Assembly (NCBI RefSeq): GCF_036321535.1
Contig: NC_087441.1
Coordinates: forward strand, 5,828,001-5,861,000
Source of the DNA: Camelus dromedarius
Taxonomy: Eukaryota
Reading direction: 5' to 3'
DNA: 33,000 nucleotides
Position numbers and translations under genes: made by a program. Positions 1-11,760 of this stretch are shown piece by piece (positions within the stretch are counted from its first letter, which is position 1; each line of letters opens with the position of its first letter). The notes under the pieces were generated by a model. The model ran no database searches. It worked only from the letters and a program-made list of their open reading frames with translations, and had not been told where the DNA came from.

Positions 1-224
1 GGGGAAATATTCTGAGTTGGGAGGGACCACCTACTTTAATATTAATGGAAGGAATTATGTGGGCATGTGATTGTATAAAAAGTGGTTGTAAAAGAAATTG
101 GGCCTTGTTAACAAAAATATATTTGGGAAAAGATAAGACTTCCTTAATAGAATAGCTTTAGAAATTCTAGTAGAGATTTAACTTCTTAAATGTGGCCACT
201 GTAGAAGCCATGACAGGGCACATG

Positions 225-630
225 TGTAGCAGGCTGAGCTCTCCAGGAGCAGAAATTGAAAACAGAAGTTGATGTGTAAGTTTTTTTTGTTTGTTTTTTG
301 TTTTTTTTTTTACTTATTTATGGGAGGCCAAGGCCTGTGAAGGGAAAGGGAAGGAACAAGACAGGCAGAGAAAGATGAATGTGGCGTAGGCCCCGCGCGG
401 CCCTGGCCAGCTGTGTGGGGGCTCTGGAGGGAGCACGTCCTGCAGAGTGTCCAGAGCTGGGCCAAACCGAGCCTTTCTTGCCCGCCTGGCTCAGCCTCCC
501 AGCACTGCCGTCCTGGGCCGTTGCTGATGCTGGTCCTGAGGGAGGTGAGAGTGGCAAGTGCCTGCCGACCTTGCGGGGCTGCAAGTCCTTTGAATTGGGA
601 TCTGGGTGGTACCACTCTGTGTCCCCTCCA
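225..630 (-). mobile_element. ERVL solo LTR, LTR16-like (LTR16A/C type)
   Basis: Starts TGTAGCAGGCTGAG and ends GTGTCCCCTCCA. Internal blocks GGGGCTCTGGAG..CAGAGTGTCC..TGGGCCAA and CAAGTCCTTTGAATTGGGATCTGGGTGG resemble the reverse complement of the LTR16 consensus as I recall it. A T-rich tract at 281-311 interrupts it. Confidence 0.7.
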
Positions 631-2677
631 AGACGCAGACAAGAGGCATGAAAAGAACCCCAGAATCTCGGGACTTATTCAAGACAGTATTAGTATAATA
701 AGTATTTCTGGACAAGAATTTACAAATAGAATCACCTTTAACCTATTCTGGTAATTGCTGGAATAAAATTACCAAGAACTTACCCCATTCCATGGAATAA
801 TATACAGTTTTGAAAGCAGAAATAGTCAGACTGAACTATCTTATTATTTAAGCACTCTGACATTCTTACATACAAATCAAGTCCTGTCATAATGCTAATA
901 GCTGCAAAGAAAAAGGTTTAATCATTTACATTTTTTACAAATACTATGATATTGATTTCATATAGAAACTACTGTAGACTTTTGCTGTTATATCCAATAT
1001 AAATGAGCACTTAGAAAAACCATAAAACAAACTTAAGAAAACAAACTTCAAAATTTAGTTTCATATTCAAAATTCTTCATGGTTTAAGAAACATAAGAGG
1101 AGATGACCCATCCACATGCCTTTTAGGAAAACCTACCATTGCTCTAAAATTTTATCCACAGTACAAGTAATCAACAATGACACTGATAAATTACCCAAGT
1201 AAATTAATATCAGTTCTTATAATAAATGCAGACTTTCCATATCCCTTTAATTGTGCTTTTTAGCTGTTCAAGGACTTGACATCAGTATTAACATCTTAAA
1301 CCTCATGGAATTCAATGAGTTTGTGACGTGTGTGGAATTGTGTTTTGTTATTAACTAGACTTTTTAATTTGAATTGTTTTCATGCCAATTTTTAAAGGCT
1401 ATTATATTGGCATATATATTATACTTCTCAGTGATCATTTCAAAGGTGGACCTCAAATTATGTCCATGATAAACCTGTATTAACTAAGTTAAAGTAATCC
1501 TCTACAAAAGAGGAGTGGGAGGCTAGTGGGTTCACATACTTGGCCGTCCCACTTTCCCACTGAGCTGAGTCCTTTGTCCCCTGGTGACGTGGTGGAGCAG
1601 AAAGCAAACAAAATCGAGATCAGATCTGGAGTTAAGAGCTGTGTAAACTCAAGCCAGCCATTCACCCCGCAGCTACCACTTTATCCAACGAGGCGGATAA
1701 TACCCACGTAAGCGGACTGTCGGGGTTGTGGTGACAGTCCAGTAGCACAGCCCACCTGGAAGTGCTTCGTAAACTGTAAAACGGTGCTCAGTGTTGTCGT
1801 CAGTGGGAGCCTCCCCCCAGACTTGCCAGGCCCTCTTGGAGCCTCCTCTAGTTAAGAGTTTTGCAGGTATGGACTGAGAGAGGCTGCAGTAGGGTGGTGT
1901 CTCGCTCCGCTTCTGCGCTGGGGAACGAGCAGGACGCGCCCTCCCAGCAGGGCTCTAAGGACTCAACCCTCCCCATTCTCATGGCATCCAGGGTGCATGC
2001 GCATCAGGGAGCTCTGCATGGAGGAGACAGCCAAGGCTCTCTCCTGGACCAGATGCCCATACTAAAGTTTTAAACTAAAATTGTCCATGGAAATTTCCTG
2101 AAGTGTCCTTTCAAACATTAAGATAACAGCTGAAGTGGCTCCATCACAAGTAACACTTGTCACAGAATTCATGCAGAGCAGTATTCTAGGAAAGTGGTAA
2201 AATGCACGGAATGTGACGGTCTCATCACACACATTAGCTTCCACAGAGCTGTCAGTGTTCAGCTCTAATCTGGCTTTCTGGAATGATATTTTTGGCACTT
2301 GCAACGGCAAGTCCATATGGAGAGAAATTTTGATTCAGCAAATTAAAAAAATAAATAAATTTCCGTCTTTGAACCTGTACGTTTTTCTCTGTATTCTTAC
2401 TGTAAATTGCAGATAGGTGGATTATCCTTTTATTTATTTTGAAACCCTGGCTTAGCTAAGTTTATTTTCCCATAAATATCTTGGAATGTTTTCCTTACCA
2501 CTACAGCTTGCCTCTTGTCCATTTGCAACGTCTATTTTATACCAAGCTTGTTCCGTAACGAGACTAGCAGAAGGCACAGAATTCTCTCTCCTCCCCCAGT
2601 CTCTCACCATGTCTGATTTTCCTGTTTCCCAGTTTCCACTGACATTCGTTTCTAAGTGTGGATGGATTTGCCCTAGA

Positions 2678-2708
2678 GCCGCTCAGTGCCGCTCAGTGCC
2701 GCTCAGTG
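2678..2708. repeat. Perfect 10-bp tandem repeat (GCCGCTCAGT)x3
   Basis: Read directly: GCCGCTCAGT GCCGCTCAGT GCCGCTCAGT G. Confidence 0.95.
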
Positions 2709-2754
2709 ATGCCAACCTCGTCAGCCTCCTACGAACACAGACTTATGATCACTG

Positions 2755-2935
2755 TGATTGAGCGCGTAGGCACCGGAGAAAGAACGCTGGGTTTGAAACT
2801 GGTTCCACCTCTAATTGTCCTGTTCTCTGGGCAAGTTCCCCAACTTCTCTGAAATTCTTCAAAGCTTCTCAAAATTAAGTAACATAAAACTTGCCGAGTG
2901 CCTGGCACATAGCAAACATAGGAAATATTAGCTAC
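2755..2935 (+). mobile_element. MIR SINE remnant
   Basis: CTGGGTTTGAAACTGGTTCCACCTCT..CTGGGCAAGTT..AACTTCTCTG and the 3' end GAGTGCCTGGCACATAGCAAAC..AAATATTAGCTA are typical MIR segments. Confidence 0.6.
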
Positions 2936-3325
2936 AAGATTTTGGCTCTCGATTGCTCACTGAAAGAGTAGGTCCTATGTAAGTTTCTACTGATCTTGTC
3001 TCATCTGTATTTTGTTCTCCCAAGTTACACCAACCATGGTCCTCTGGAGCATTAGTAAAGGGTATTTAATCTTGTGCATGTCGGCTTCAACATCCCAGAC
3101 GTCATCTGATGAAATTTCATAAACAAGCCATTCCTTAGCTAGTTAAATGGGATTTTTTTTTCCACTGAGAAAAATAATGTTTTCAAGGCCAGTTCTATGC
3201 TTTTATGGAGATAGCTATGACTACATAAAATTTGGTCTACATTCTACAGACACCAGTTTTTCCCTTATAATGACATGTAGTGAAGCAAGAAACCACATGT
3301 GTAATGTTCTTACGTGGCCGTAGGT

Positions 3326-3495
3326 TAGTGGTTCTTAACCAGGGGTGGTTTTACAGTGCCTGGAGAGTTTTTTGGTTGTCACAGTGCAGAGGCAGGGGTG
3401 TGGTGCTGCTGGCATGTGGTGTGTGGAGGCCAGGGATGCTGCAAATATCCTGTAATGCTCAGGACCCAAGACAGTGCTGAGGCCGGGAAAGCCTG
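3326..3495 (+). mobile_element. MER20 (hAT-Charlie non-autonomous DNA transposon), internally deleted
   Basis: TAGTGGTTCTTAACCAGGGG start, TTTTTGGTTGTCACA, GAGGCCAGGGATGCTGC.AA.ATCCT and the AGTGCTGAGG..GGAAAGCCTG end match MER20. Confidence 0.85.
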
Positions 3496-3588
3496 CAGTA
3501 GGTGGAGGAGAAGGTGAAGCCGACCCGCCCCTGCTCTGGAAGGCAGGAAGATCACTTCCTGTTAGACTGCTATCCCCATCTGAACTCT

Positions 3589-3609
3589 TTGTGTGCGTGT
3601 GTGTGTGTA
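3589..3609. repeat. Short (GT)n microsatellite
   Basis: TTGTGTGCGTGTGTGTGTGTA. Confidence 0.8.
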
Positions 3610-4539
3610 TAAAAATCTCATTTCCAAATTGCAGATTGTGCACATCAATGCCTTGCCCTTTACATTGAGCTGTGGGCCTGGCTCTTTTCCATTGGGTTTT
3701 GATAAACTAAGGAAGAAAACTGGGCTTAGCCGGTATTGGAAAGCACGCTTCTCCAGCAGCGCAGTGATTAGGAAGTTTGTAATGTGCAGAGAGGTGAGTC
3801 TGGTGTACAGAGATAAACAATTCTGAAAGTCATTTTCCTGAACCAACCAACTGTAATTTTTAAGTTCTGTATTTTAAATAATTCCAAAAAACCTCAATCA
3901 AGTTTAAAAGGTGTCACCCTTTGAGTTTATGTTAGCTTTTTTTTTTTCTCTATAGTGGAGGTGAATCTGTAAATTCATGAAGAATGGAAACAAGTTTGCA
4001 GTTCTGTAATAAACCGATTACAAAAGTCATTTAATTTCCTTCTGGAAGAAAAATCCTCCATTAGGTAGCAATGTGATTTCAGAATTATTGCAGAATTTTT
4101 TCATGCTATTCGGTAATGAGAAAGCAGGGAGGGTGGAGGAGAAGAAAGGTAAGGAAAAAAGACCTGCATGGAAGAGCGTTTTGCCATCCTTCAGATTCAG
4201 TCTTGCTGTGAGTGACCCGTGACAATGGTGGTGCAGAAGGAAGCGTTTCTGTGATGTTACTACATTCTGGTTTAAACCTGATCCTTGCCAGCATTATACT
4301 GGGTTTCTTTCTAGTCTTTAGTAGGACTGATAAGTGAACTCAGGGCTGCAGCCCACGTCTCCAGAAGCTATATGTCTCCAACTGCTTAGCTTCGATGGGT
4401 GACAGAAGCCACCTTGGAGCTGCACTTGGCGATCTCAGAGTCCCATAACTAAGTCCCATATTCTGCTGGAGCCGAGCCAGGCTGTGAAAGATCGCCCCCT
4501 GATCACACCTCTCGCTGGTAGTGCTGCTAAGTGTGTTTA

Positions 4540-4700
4540 CAGGCATCACCTCCTTTATGCTCAGAACAGCCCCACGAGGCAGGCACTGTTGCGGTCCCCA
4601 GACCTCACATAAATCACCGGAGGCTTAGTGGGAGGGGTTCTGGAAATGCATCCGTAGCTGATAAGTGACAACAGAGTCTCAGACCCAGACCTTATGCTAA
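4540..4700 (-). mobile_element. MIR SINE remnant
   Basis: CTCAGAACAGCCCCACGAGGCAGGCACTGTT..CCCCA..GAGGCTTAG..AAGTGACAACAGAG..AGACCCAGAC resembles reverse-strand MIR. Confidence 0.5.
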
Positions 4701-4985
4701 AATACGTGCTCCTAAGTGCACTGCCTCGTTACCAGTGCGTGGGTCTGGGGAAGACGGCGCCCAGGGACGTAACATGCAGGTGCATCGCGTCAAGTCTCCA
4801 CCCGCCTCGGTGCCGTTTGCCTTCCTGACGTTGTTCTCAGAACGTCCTGTCACGTGCAGTGCAGACGCTACGTGCTACCTGCGTGAGTCTCACGGCGCTA
4901 AGATGCTACCACGCCTGCTTTCACGTGACTTGCGCATCGCTTTCTCCTACCTTTTGTATCTTTCACCTTCCACGTCAGGACCGAC
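4700..4985. promoter_or_regulatory. CpG-retaining patch with clustered E-box/HRE/CRE-like ACGT motifs (candidate enhancer)
   Basis: About 25 CpG and 8 ACGT cores in about 285 bp. Includes CACGTG at 4851-4856, TCACGTGA at 4921-4928, TACGTG at 4703-4708 and 4869-4874, and CCACGTCA at 4970-4977. Function is inferred only. Confidence 0.4.
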
Positions 4986-5159
4986 AGGGCTCCTGGTCAG
5001 CACATATGCAGAGGTATGACTGAGCTGCTGGTCGGTGAGTGGACCTTTGATGCATAGCTGTTGCCCTGACAGTGAACATGCTTTCCAGGTAGACTGGCTA
5101 TTTGTATTGATTTTTCTGTGAAGTTCTTGTTTTGACTTCCCCAACACCCCCAAAGCTTT

Positions 5160-5490
5160 CTATTGGGTGTTTGTCTTATTTTTTAAATAAATTTGAAAGA
5201 CTTCTTTATATGTCCAGATTGCTGGTATTTTTAGACATATAATAAACATAAATATTTCCCCATTTATTGTTTCTCTTTTACTCTGTTTTGACTGTTTTTT
5301 CATACCAAGTGTTAAATTTTTATATAGTCAATTATCAGTGATTTTGATTTTTCTAACCTCTTTGAAATTTCTCTGCCATTGTTGTGTTATTAATTTGATT
5401 GTTGTTGTATTCTCACAGTTTCACGATTCCACTTTTTAAACATTCGCTACCTTGACCTTCCTGGGTATCAGTGTTGAAGAATGCTAAGAG
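5160..5490 (-). mobile_element. Old L1M fragment (ORF2 3' part)
   Basis: TTGGGTGTTTGTCTTATTTTT..TTCTTTATATGTCCAGAT..AAATATTTCCCC..GTTAAATTTTTATATAGTCAATT resembles reverse-strand old L1. Confidence 0.5.
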
Positions 5491-6789
5491 AGCCAAATTT
5501 TATTATCATTATCATCATTATATTAATTATTCCAACACCCTTATTAAGTCATCTAATATCTCACTAATTTAAAATGTTACAGTTTCATAACCTGAAAACA
5601 CACAGATACACCTGTGTCTCTTTGGGAGAGCCTCTGGGCTCTCACTGCTGTTCATTATTCATTTTCTGCTGAGCACATAGTTTGAATATTCTAACTTTAA
5701 ATAAAATTTAAAATATGGTTAGAAAAGTCATCACTGGCCATCTTTTTCATCCCATTTTTTGGCTGTTCTACAATCATTCTTCTTTCAGAAACACATGAAA
5801 GGTAAGAGACGATGGAAGATTTCCCTGCTCACGTGCTGGTGGCTCAGTGGCCATTATCCTTCCAAACTAAACCGAACTCCATTTTCAATATGGCATTAAT
5901 TTTAACTTACAAGAATCAGACGTTAAATATTTTGTCAGTTGAGGGTTATTACTTTAATGTTTAAAGAAATCCTGGAATTATGGGTTTGTGTATCTGGAAG
6001 CTATATGAAAGGTGCTTTCATTTGTATTTCTCTCCGCAGATAGGAACCCAACTAAACTGAACCAGAAAGGAGGACTTACCCTTTATTTTTTAAAAGGTTT
6101 TAGCTTCTCTCTTCCACATCACAAGCTTGTGTCTGGTTTGACCCGAGTCTCCTCCAAATAGAGTGACAGTTTCTTTACTTTGGGACACCCTCTTGGGTGT
6201 CCTGCTGGGGATTTTTCTTTTAAAGACTAATTTCCTGAATCTCTGGCTAAAGAAAGAAGGTTAATAGTTGAGGGAGTTTGTTTACAGGCCATTAGAAACA
6301 ATTAGCACATTGCTGAGATTAAAAGCACTTCTCAAGAATGTTGGATGGCCTAGAAAGGAAAAGGGACTTTTAGAAACATCTATTTTTAACACCTCATTAA
6401 GACAGACTTGGAGATTCCTCATCCTCTCTTGTCACACTATGTCATATTTTAATTATCAAGAAATTCTTCATTTCCCCCAAGCTAAGTTCTGCCTTAAAGT
6501 AACTGAAAGTAATAGTAACGTGGAACTCTGTCCATGGATTCCTAGGAACAAATTTTTAAATCACCCCATACCATTTTAGGCTGATTATTTTCAATCCTGT
6601 ACTTTTGCTTTTTGACAATTTTTTCTTAATACCCGAATTTCTTGGTGGCCTCCCTTTCCCCTAAAAATTACCTTTGTTCCACACAGGCCTTTCTGGGTGC
6701 CGCGGACACCCTGTGCTCCAGGGCCACTGTCAGTGCCGTGACTGCGGCTGCTCTTCGTGCCCCTGGGACCCCTGCCTCCAGCCCCCCAC

Positions 6790-7005
6790 CCCGTTCTTTC
6801 AGTGCTTGAAGACCCAAGTTCTCACATGTTGTCTGAAGTTTCTAAACCCCCTTTATGCTGTATTGAAATCCCACTCCATTTTGTGTCAGTAATGAAATGT
6901 TCCCCCGATAATCGATGCCCAGTGGACAGGCCTCATCCGTCTCTAACATGCCCTATAGCACCGTGCACCTACCAGTCCAGTAAGAATTTGTTGAATCACA
7001 TTTTA
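6790..7005 (+). mobile_element. L2 LINE 3' remnant
   Basis: Ends CCCTATAGCACCGTGCACCTACC..TAAGAATTTGTTGAAT, like an L2 3' terminus. Highly diverged. Confidence 0.4.
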
Positions 7006-7559
7006 TCTGTGTCCCCTCCTGTATTTTGGTTTGTAGCCATTATTTTTTCCTCTCACTGCAAAGATAGAACCAATTTAATACATAGTTGGATCCATTTGTG
7101 TTTTCTGTGTTGTATATACTGCAGCTCCACAGGGGTGCTGATCGGCCACCGGTCCAGGGATGTCTAATAAAAGATAAAGGCAGTCATACTCCTCAACGAT
7201 GCAATCAGAGCCCACATCTGCTGGCCTTCTCTCACCTCCCTCACTCTCTGGTCTTCCTCCAGTTCTTCCAGCAAACTCTGCTCCCTCTCGGGACCTGGGC
7301 AAGCGCCGTGAAGTTCTCCCGGTCTCCCTCACCTTAAACCCACTCCCCTCCCCCACGGCTCTGCCTACTGAGAGGAAGCTTAAAAAAAGAGTTTGGCAGC
7401 CGGGGGCACCTGGCATCACCACCTGTAACCCACTGACCCCCGGGTGACTTGAGCTGACCTGGATAACCAGTGCGTATCCTCTTTTCCTCGATGGCACGTG
7501 CTGTCTTCCAAATGCTGTGACTCCAAGGGGTGGAGGTGGCGTGCGTCTTGTGAGAGCAG

Positions 7560-7850
7560 CAGTAGGTTAGCATGTGGGCGGTAGGTTGGTCACTCCTGGG
7601 GGAGGGGGAGCACGTCACAGAGAACCGTGTGCACTGGCCCAGGGAGGGAGCGGAGGGTCTGGAGTTAGACGTCAGCAGAGGAAAAGTAGACACTGTGGGG
7701 AAAGAATCTGGGGGCCCTCTTGAAAAGAGCGTATCCTTCCAAGGAGCAGCCGCTGCATCCCTTAGTCACTGGGAAGTCCCTGGAGTTTTAAGTTAGGGAA
7801 GAGTGATGGCCAGCTTTGTGTTCCAGAAAGATAGTTCTGTTGACTGTGGG
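7560..7850 (-). mobile_element. L2 LINE remnant
   Basis: CACTGGGAAGTCCCTGGAGTTTTAAGTTAGGGAAGAGTGATGGCCAGCTTTGTGTTCCAGAAAGATAGTTCTG matches a characteristic reverse-strand L2 block. Confidence 0.55.
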
Positions 7851-8199
7851 GAGGGAGCAGGACTTCTCCCACATGAAAGGATCCAGCTGAAATCCATCCC
7901 AATCTGCGTTCACCAAGCAGCCCGGAACCCCAAGTGCTCCATCAGGCCCCCAGCCACACAGTCACTTCTCTGACCTCCTTCCCTCCAGCCTCTTTGCCTT
8001 CTGGTAAGAATTAGAGCTGCTTTTCCGTTGAAATCCTGGGGGAAGTTTCCGAAGAACTTTATGTGACCTTTTTATATTACATAAGAACATATACAGATAA
8101 TTACAGGCTGATTTGGTAAATACAAACTAACTGCCAAAAAGATGTGAGTTGAAATGCCAGCCTGATTGTGACATGGATTCACTGATATGCCTCCGTGCC

Positions 8200-8640
8200 C
8201 ACATCACATCTGCTCCCCTGTCACAGTCCTCTGTCTCTGGACTCCAGACACACAAACTTTATCCCCATTCCCAGCCATGCTCCAAACCTTTCTGCACCTC
8301 ACGGCCTTTGCACGTGTCATTGCTGGGAAAACCATATCTGGCGCTTCATGCAGCTGAGTCCCACCCAGTCCTCAGGCCTCTGCTTGCACGTCCCTTCCAC
8401 AGAGATGAGCACCCGGTCCTGATGCCCACAGCCTGCTACCCAATGTCTCACCTTCTTCCTCTCTCTTCCTTCATGTACCATAATGCAATTTGATATTCTA
8501 CATTTATTTATGACATCAGGAGCTTACAGTCTGTTGCCCTCAGTAGATTGGAACTGTCTGTTTTGTTCTCACTTGTATATCCAGCACTGAACAAGAGTGA
8601 GTGGAAATAAGAATTTAATAAATATCTTCTGAGTGAATGA
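8200..8640 (+). mobile_element. L2 LINE 3' end
   Basis: CACCTCACGGCCTTTGCACGTG..GCTGGGAAA; 3' end TTGTATATCCAGCACTGAACAAGAGTG..TTTAATAAATATCTTCTGAGTGAATGA. Confidence 0.65.
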
Positions 8641-9439
8641 GCCCAGCATGAAGATCTAAAATAGTGAGAGCTGTTATTGAAATCACATCCTGAGATGTAC
8701 AGTAAGAAAACAGAAAATAGATATTCTTAGCCCATAATGTGCTCCAAGAGGCTGGCATAAGAGAATGTGCCTCCAGTTTGGTTTCAAACTCCAGCCTGAG
8801 CAGAAGGTGTGTGGGGTACATATTAGGTATTGTTGGGAGTGTGCGTGTAAGTGAAATATTTGTCAATCAAACTACATTTCAAATGTACTAAGGCAGCTCA
8901 TTTAAAAAGCGAGTCTATATTAAATCATCTTCTGATGTGAAAAATACCCTTTTAAAATTGAATAACCATGCTATAACTCTCTGTTTCACCAAAAATGAAC
9001 TTTCTTTCATGTCATGAATCAGTAATAGTGGCCAGTTTAACATATAAATACAGGAGCTGGTTCCATGGCAGGCGTCTGAATATTAGAGCATTTTACTAGT
9101 GTCACTTCCCCTGACTGGTTCAAGGAGATGAGGGTGGACAAGGCCTCGAAACACAGTTTGACTCCAGTGCTCATCGCTGTAGGCCCCCGGGGCCAGGCAG
9201 GTGTGAAGGAAGGATGTGAGTGGGCCGGGGCTGCGGTGGCTGCTGCGGCTGCTGCGCACCGAGATCACCAGGGGCAGTCGCTTCAGAGGGTCACGTCATA
9301 GGTACAGCCTGACGGAGACCGTTTGGAAACAGCAGAGTCCCAAGACCGAGTGAAAAGAATGGCTATTCTTAGGAAAGGACTTCCAGTATATTGCAAGTCT
9401 GAGTCATAAATTGGGACAGATCCCCAGATAAATACCACC

Positions 9440-10125
9440 ATTTTGAACTCATACAACTTTTTCTTATTTTATGTATTTCTAAGTGAATACAGTAAAATTT
9501 CACTCTTCCCTCCTTTAAGCCCATAGCAAGAGGTAATTATTTTAACTTTTTCTGAATCTTTCACACTTCTATCTATGAGTATGTAAAAATAAAGATATAT
9601 AAAATCATGTATGTATAAAATGTGTATATTTTACACAGAAGCATATGTACAAACATTTGTACACATGTACGTACACACATGTGTGAGTACATGCACACAC
9701 AAATACAGATTTATACATGTGTACATGTGTGTTCATAAATATAAGTAACTGCACACTTGGACAAGATGTTACTTTTAGAGAAATGAGACCATACATAGTG
9801 TTCTACAGTCTGGATTTTTTTCCTCCTTTTGCAACACATTTTTTACATTTAACAATATGTCATGGACAGCCTTTGGAATCAGGACCTGTAGACATACCTC
9901 ATTGTTTTTTTTTTTTCATTCCTTGTTACGGCTGCTGAATCCTGCGTTGTAGTGTAATTGATTTACCTCTGCTGCATCTGCAGACGTTGAGATTGCTGCC
10001 TTGTTTCTCTTCTGCAAACAACACTGGGACTGACAGCAGAGTGCATGTGTGTTTACAAAGCTTGCTAGCATTTCTGAAGAACAGACTTCTAGGAGTAGAT
10101 ATTCTAAGCCATAAAACTAAGTCCT
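9440..10125 (-). mobile_element. Old L1 (L1ME-like) 3' region with embedded degenerate (RY)n tract at about 9600-9745
   Basis: GAGGTAATTATTTTAAC, ATGAGACCATACATAGTG, TTTAACAATATGTCATGG, TTCATTCCTTGTTACGGCTGC and CTTCTAGGAGTAGATATT are typical reverse-strand L1M 3' UTR blocks. Confidence 0.55.
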
Positions 10126-10329
10126 GAGATTACTCTGAACAGACTAGTGTGTGTTTTGGTGGCTCTCAGAAGGGGTGGGTGGCATTCGCTGAGAGGACAA
10201 CCTGCCCGTGGACTTGAGAGAAGTCACTATTTGGATGACTTACCAGTGTTACCATTAATGTTCTGAAATATTTGCATTTTCAAATTCTATAGGCTCAAGG
10301 CAGGTTTAGGTCTATTTCTTTAGTATTAA

Positions 10330-10389
10330 ATACATATGTATGTGTGTGTGTGTGTATGTACATGTATATATGTGTGTATATATGCATAT
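10330..10389. repeat. Compound (TA/TG/CA)n microsatellite, 60 bp of uninterrupted purine-pyrimidine alternation
   Basis: ATACATATGTATGTGTGTGTGTGTGTATGTACATGTATATATGTGTGTATATATGCATAT. Confidence 0.9.
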
Positions 10390-10639
10390 TTATTTTCATT
10401 TACATTTCTCTTAAAGATCTTGGACCAAGATATCATTTTGTTTAATAGCCCCTCTAGGTAAATACAGTAAAAACACCTAAGTAGCATATTAAATAAAAAG
10501 CCACATCATTTCCAGTCTTCAAGGATGTTCCATTTATGCTAAGCTATTGCCCTTTATTGAAATATTGAGAATATTCTGGTGTCTCTGAGATAGACAGAAC
10601 TCCTACTTGTATTTCAAGGGAAAATAAAACTTGACCATT

Positions 10640-11760
10640 TCTACTCATTTAGTCATTTAGTTAACAAATATTTGTTGAGAACTTGCTAAGTAAGTCCTAA
10701 GAACTGTAAGGGGTAAGAATAATAATAAAAACCAGGTCTTTTTCCTAAGAAATTTTTCTTCACCCTATGGAATTAATGGGATGAATAATATATAGGAATT
10801 TTAAAACTATTTCTAGGGACTTGGCAAAACAGTGGGAGACACAAAAATGGTAACGAAAGCTCATTCACTCTAGGAGCTTAAAATGTGCAATGTGACAAAT
10901 GACATGAGTCCCAGCCTTTCTTTGTACTCTAGGGGAGGGGTGCCAGCACTCCTGGCTGCAAGGTGGATGTGTGATTTGAACTGAACCTTGAGGTCCTGGC
11001 AGGACTTCGATGGGTGGCGATGGAGACAGAATATTATAAGTGGTGGTAAAGATTGGGCAAAGCTGTGGACACAGGAAATATTTATGATTTGGCACTTAAT
11101 GTGGTTTGGCTGGAACTTGGTGTATGCGAGAGAGGAACTGAGGATGAAAGGAAGGATGGGGTAATGTCAAGTGTAGAAGGCTCTGCATGCAAGATAAGGA
11201 GCTTACTAGTGTGTAATGGGAGTTATTGAAGGTTTGGGAGCAGGGAGAGAGAGATTTTCTCAGCTGGGCTGTAGGAAAATGAATCTTCTGGGTGATGTTG
11301 CAGGGAGACAGAAAGACAGAGGGAAGACAACCAGCTGGAAGACGATTGTATCAGTTCAGAGAGAACTTACTGATACACCTGTAACTACAACCCAGGCAGC
11401 TTTTCCATAGGTCGTACTTGGCTTAAACTGAAGCGATAATTCTCTTAGAGAGCCGGAAGGGCTGCAGCATAACTTACTAGTGAGTGAGGAATGAAGCTCA
11501 AAGTCCTGAATAATTGGAATGTAGATACAGAAATACGATGAATCAGGGAAGGTGTCACTGCTCACAGTTCTGGCTTCCCTGAGCCTGGGTAATGGGTCCG
11601 ACAGAAAGACACCAGCACGTGAAGTCAGCTCCATGTGAAATTCGTATATAAGGGAGAAACTCAGTCTCTGAACAATCTGGAGGGACCCTAGTGGAAAACG
11701 CACTCAGTGTACCTCAAAGACGTGAAGAACTCCTCTGGAAAAAACCAGGGAAGAATTATG
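10640..11760 (-). mobile_element. L2 LINE remnant (about 1.1 kb, fragmented)
   Basis: CATTTAGTCATTTAGTTAACAAATATTTGTTGAG (reverse L2 3' end), CTCTAGGAGCTTA, and TAATGGGAGTTATTGAAGGTTTGGGAGCAGGG. Confidence 0.6.

Noticed and set aside
283-642. GC-rich segment with a T-run, first read as a processed pseudogene (ORFs 310-642, 318-584, 379-651)
   Set aside because: The whole segment aligns by eye to an LTR16-type ERVL LTR. There is no TSD and no recognisable protein.
870-3110. Minus-strand exon candidates near 870-901 (ISIMTGLD), 2499-2563 (LVTEQAWYKIDVANG) and about 3030-3105 (DDVWDVEADMHKIKYP)
   Set aside because: They look protein-like, but I cannot assign them to any known family and the splice support is mixed. 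A tBLASTx against mammalian proteomes would settle it.
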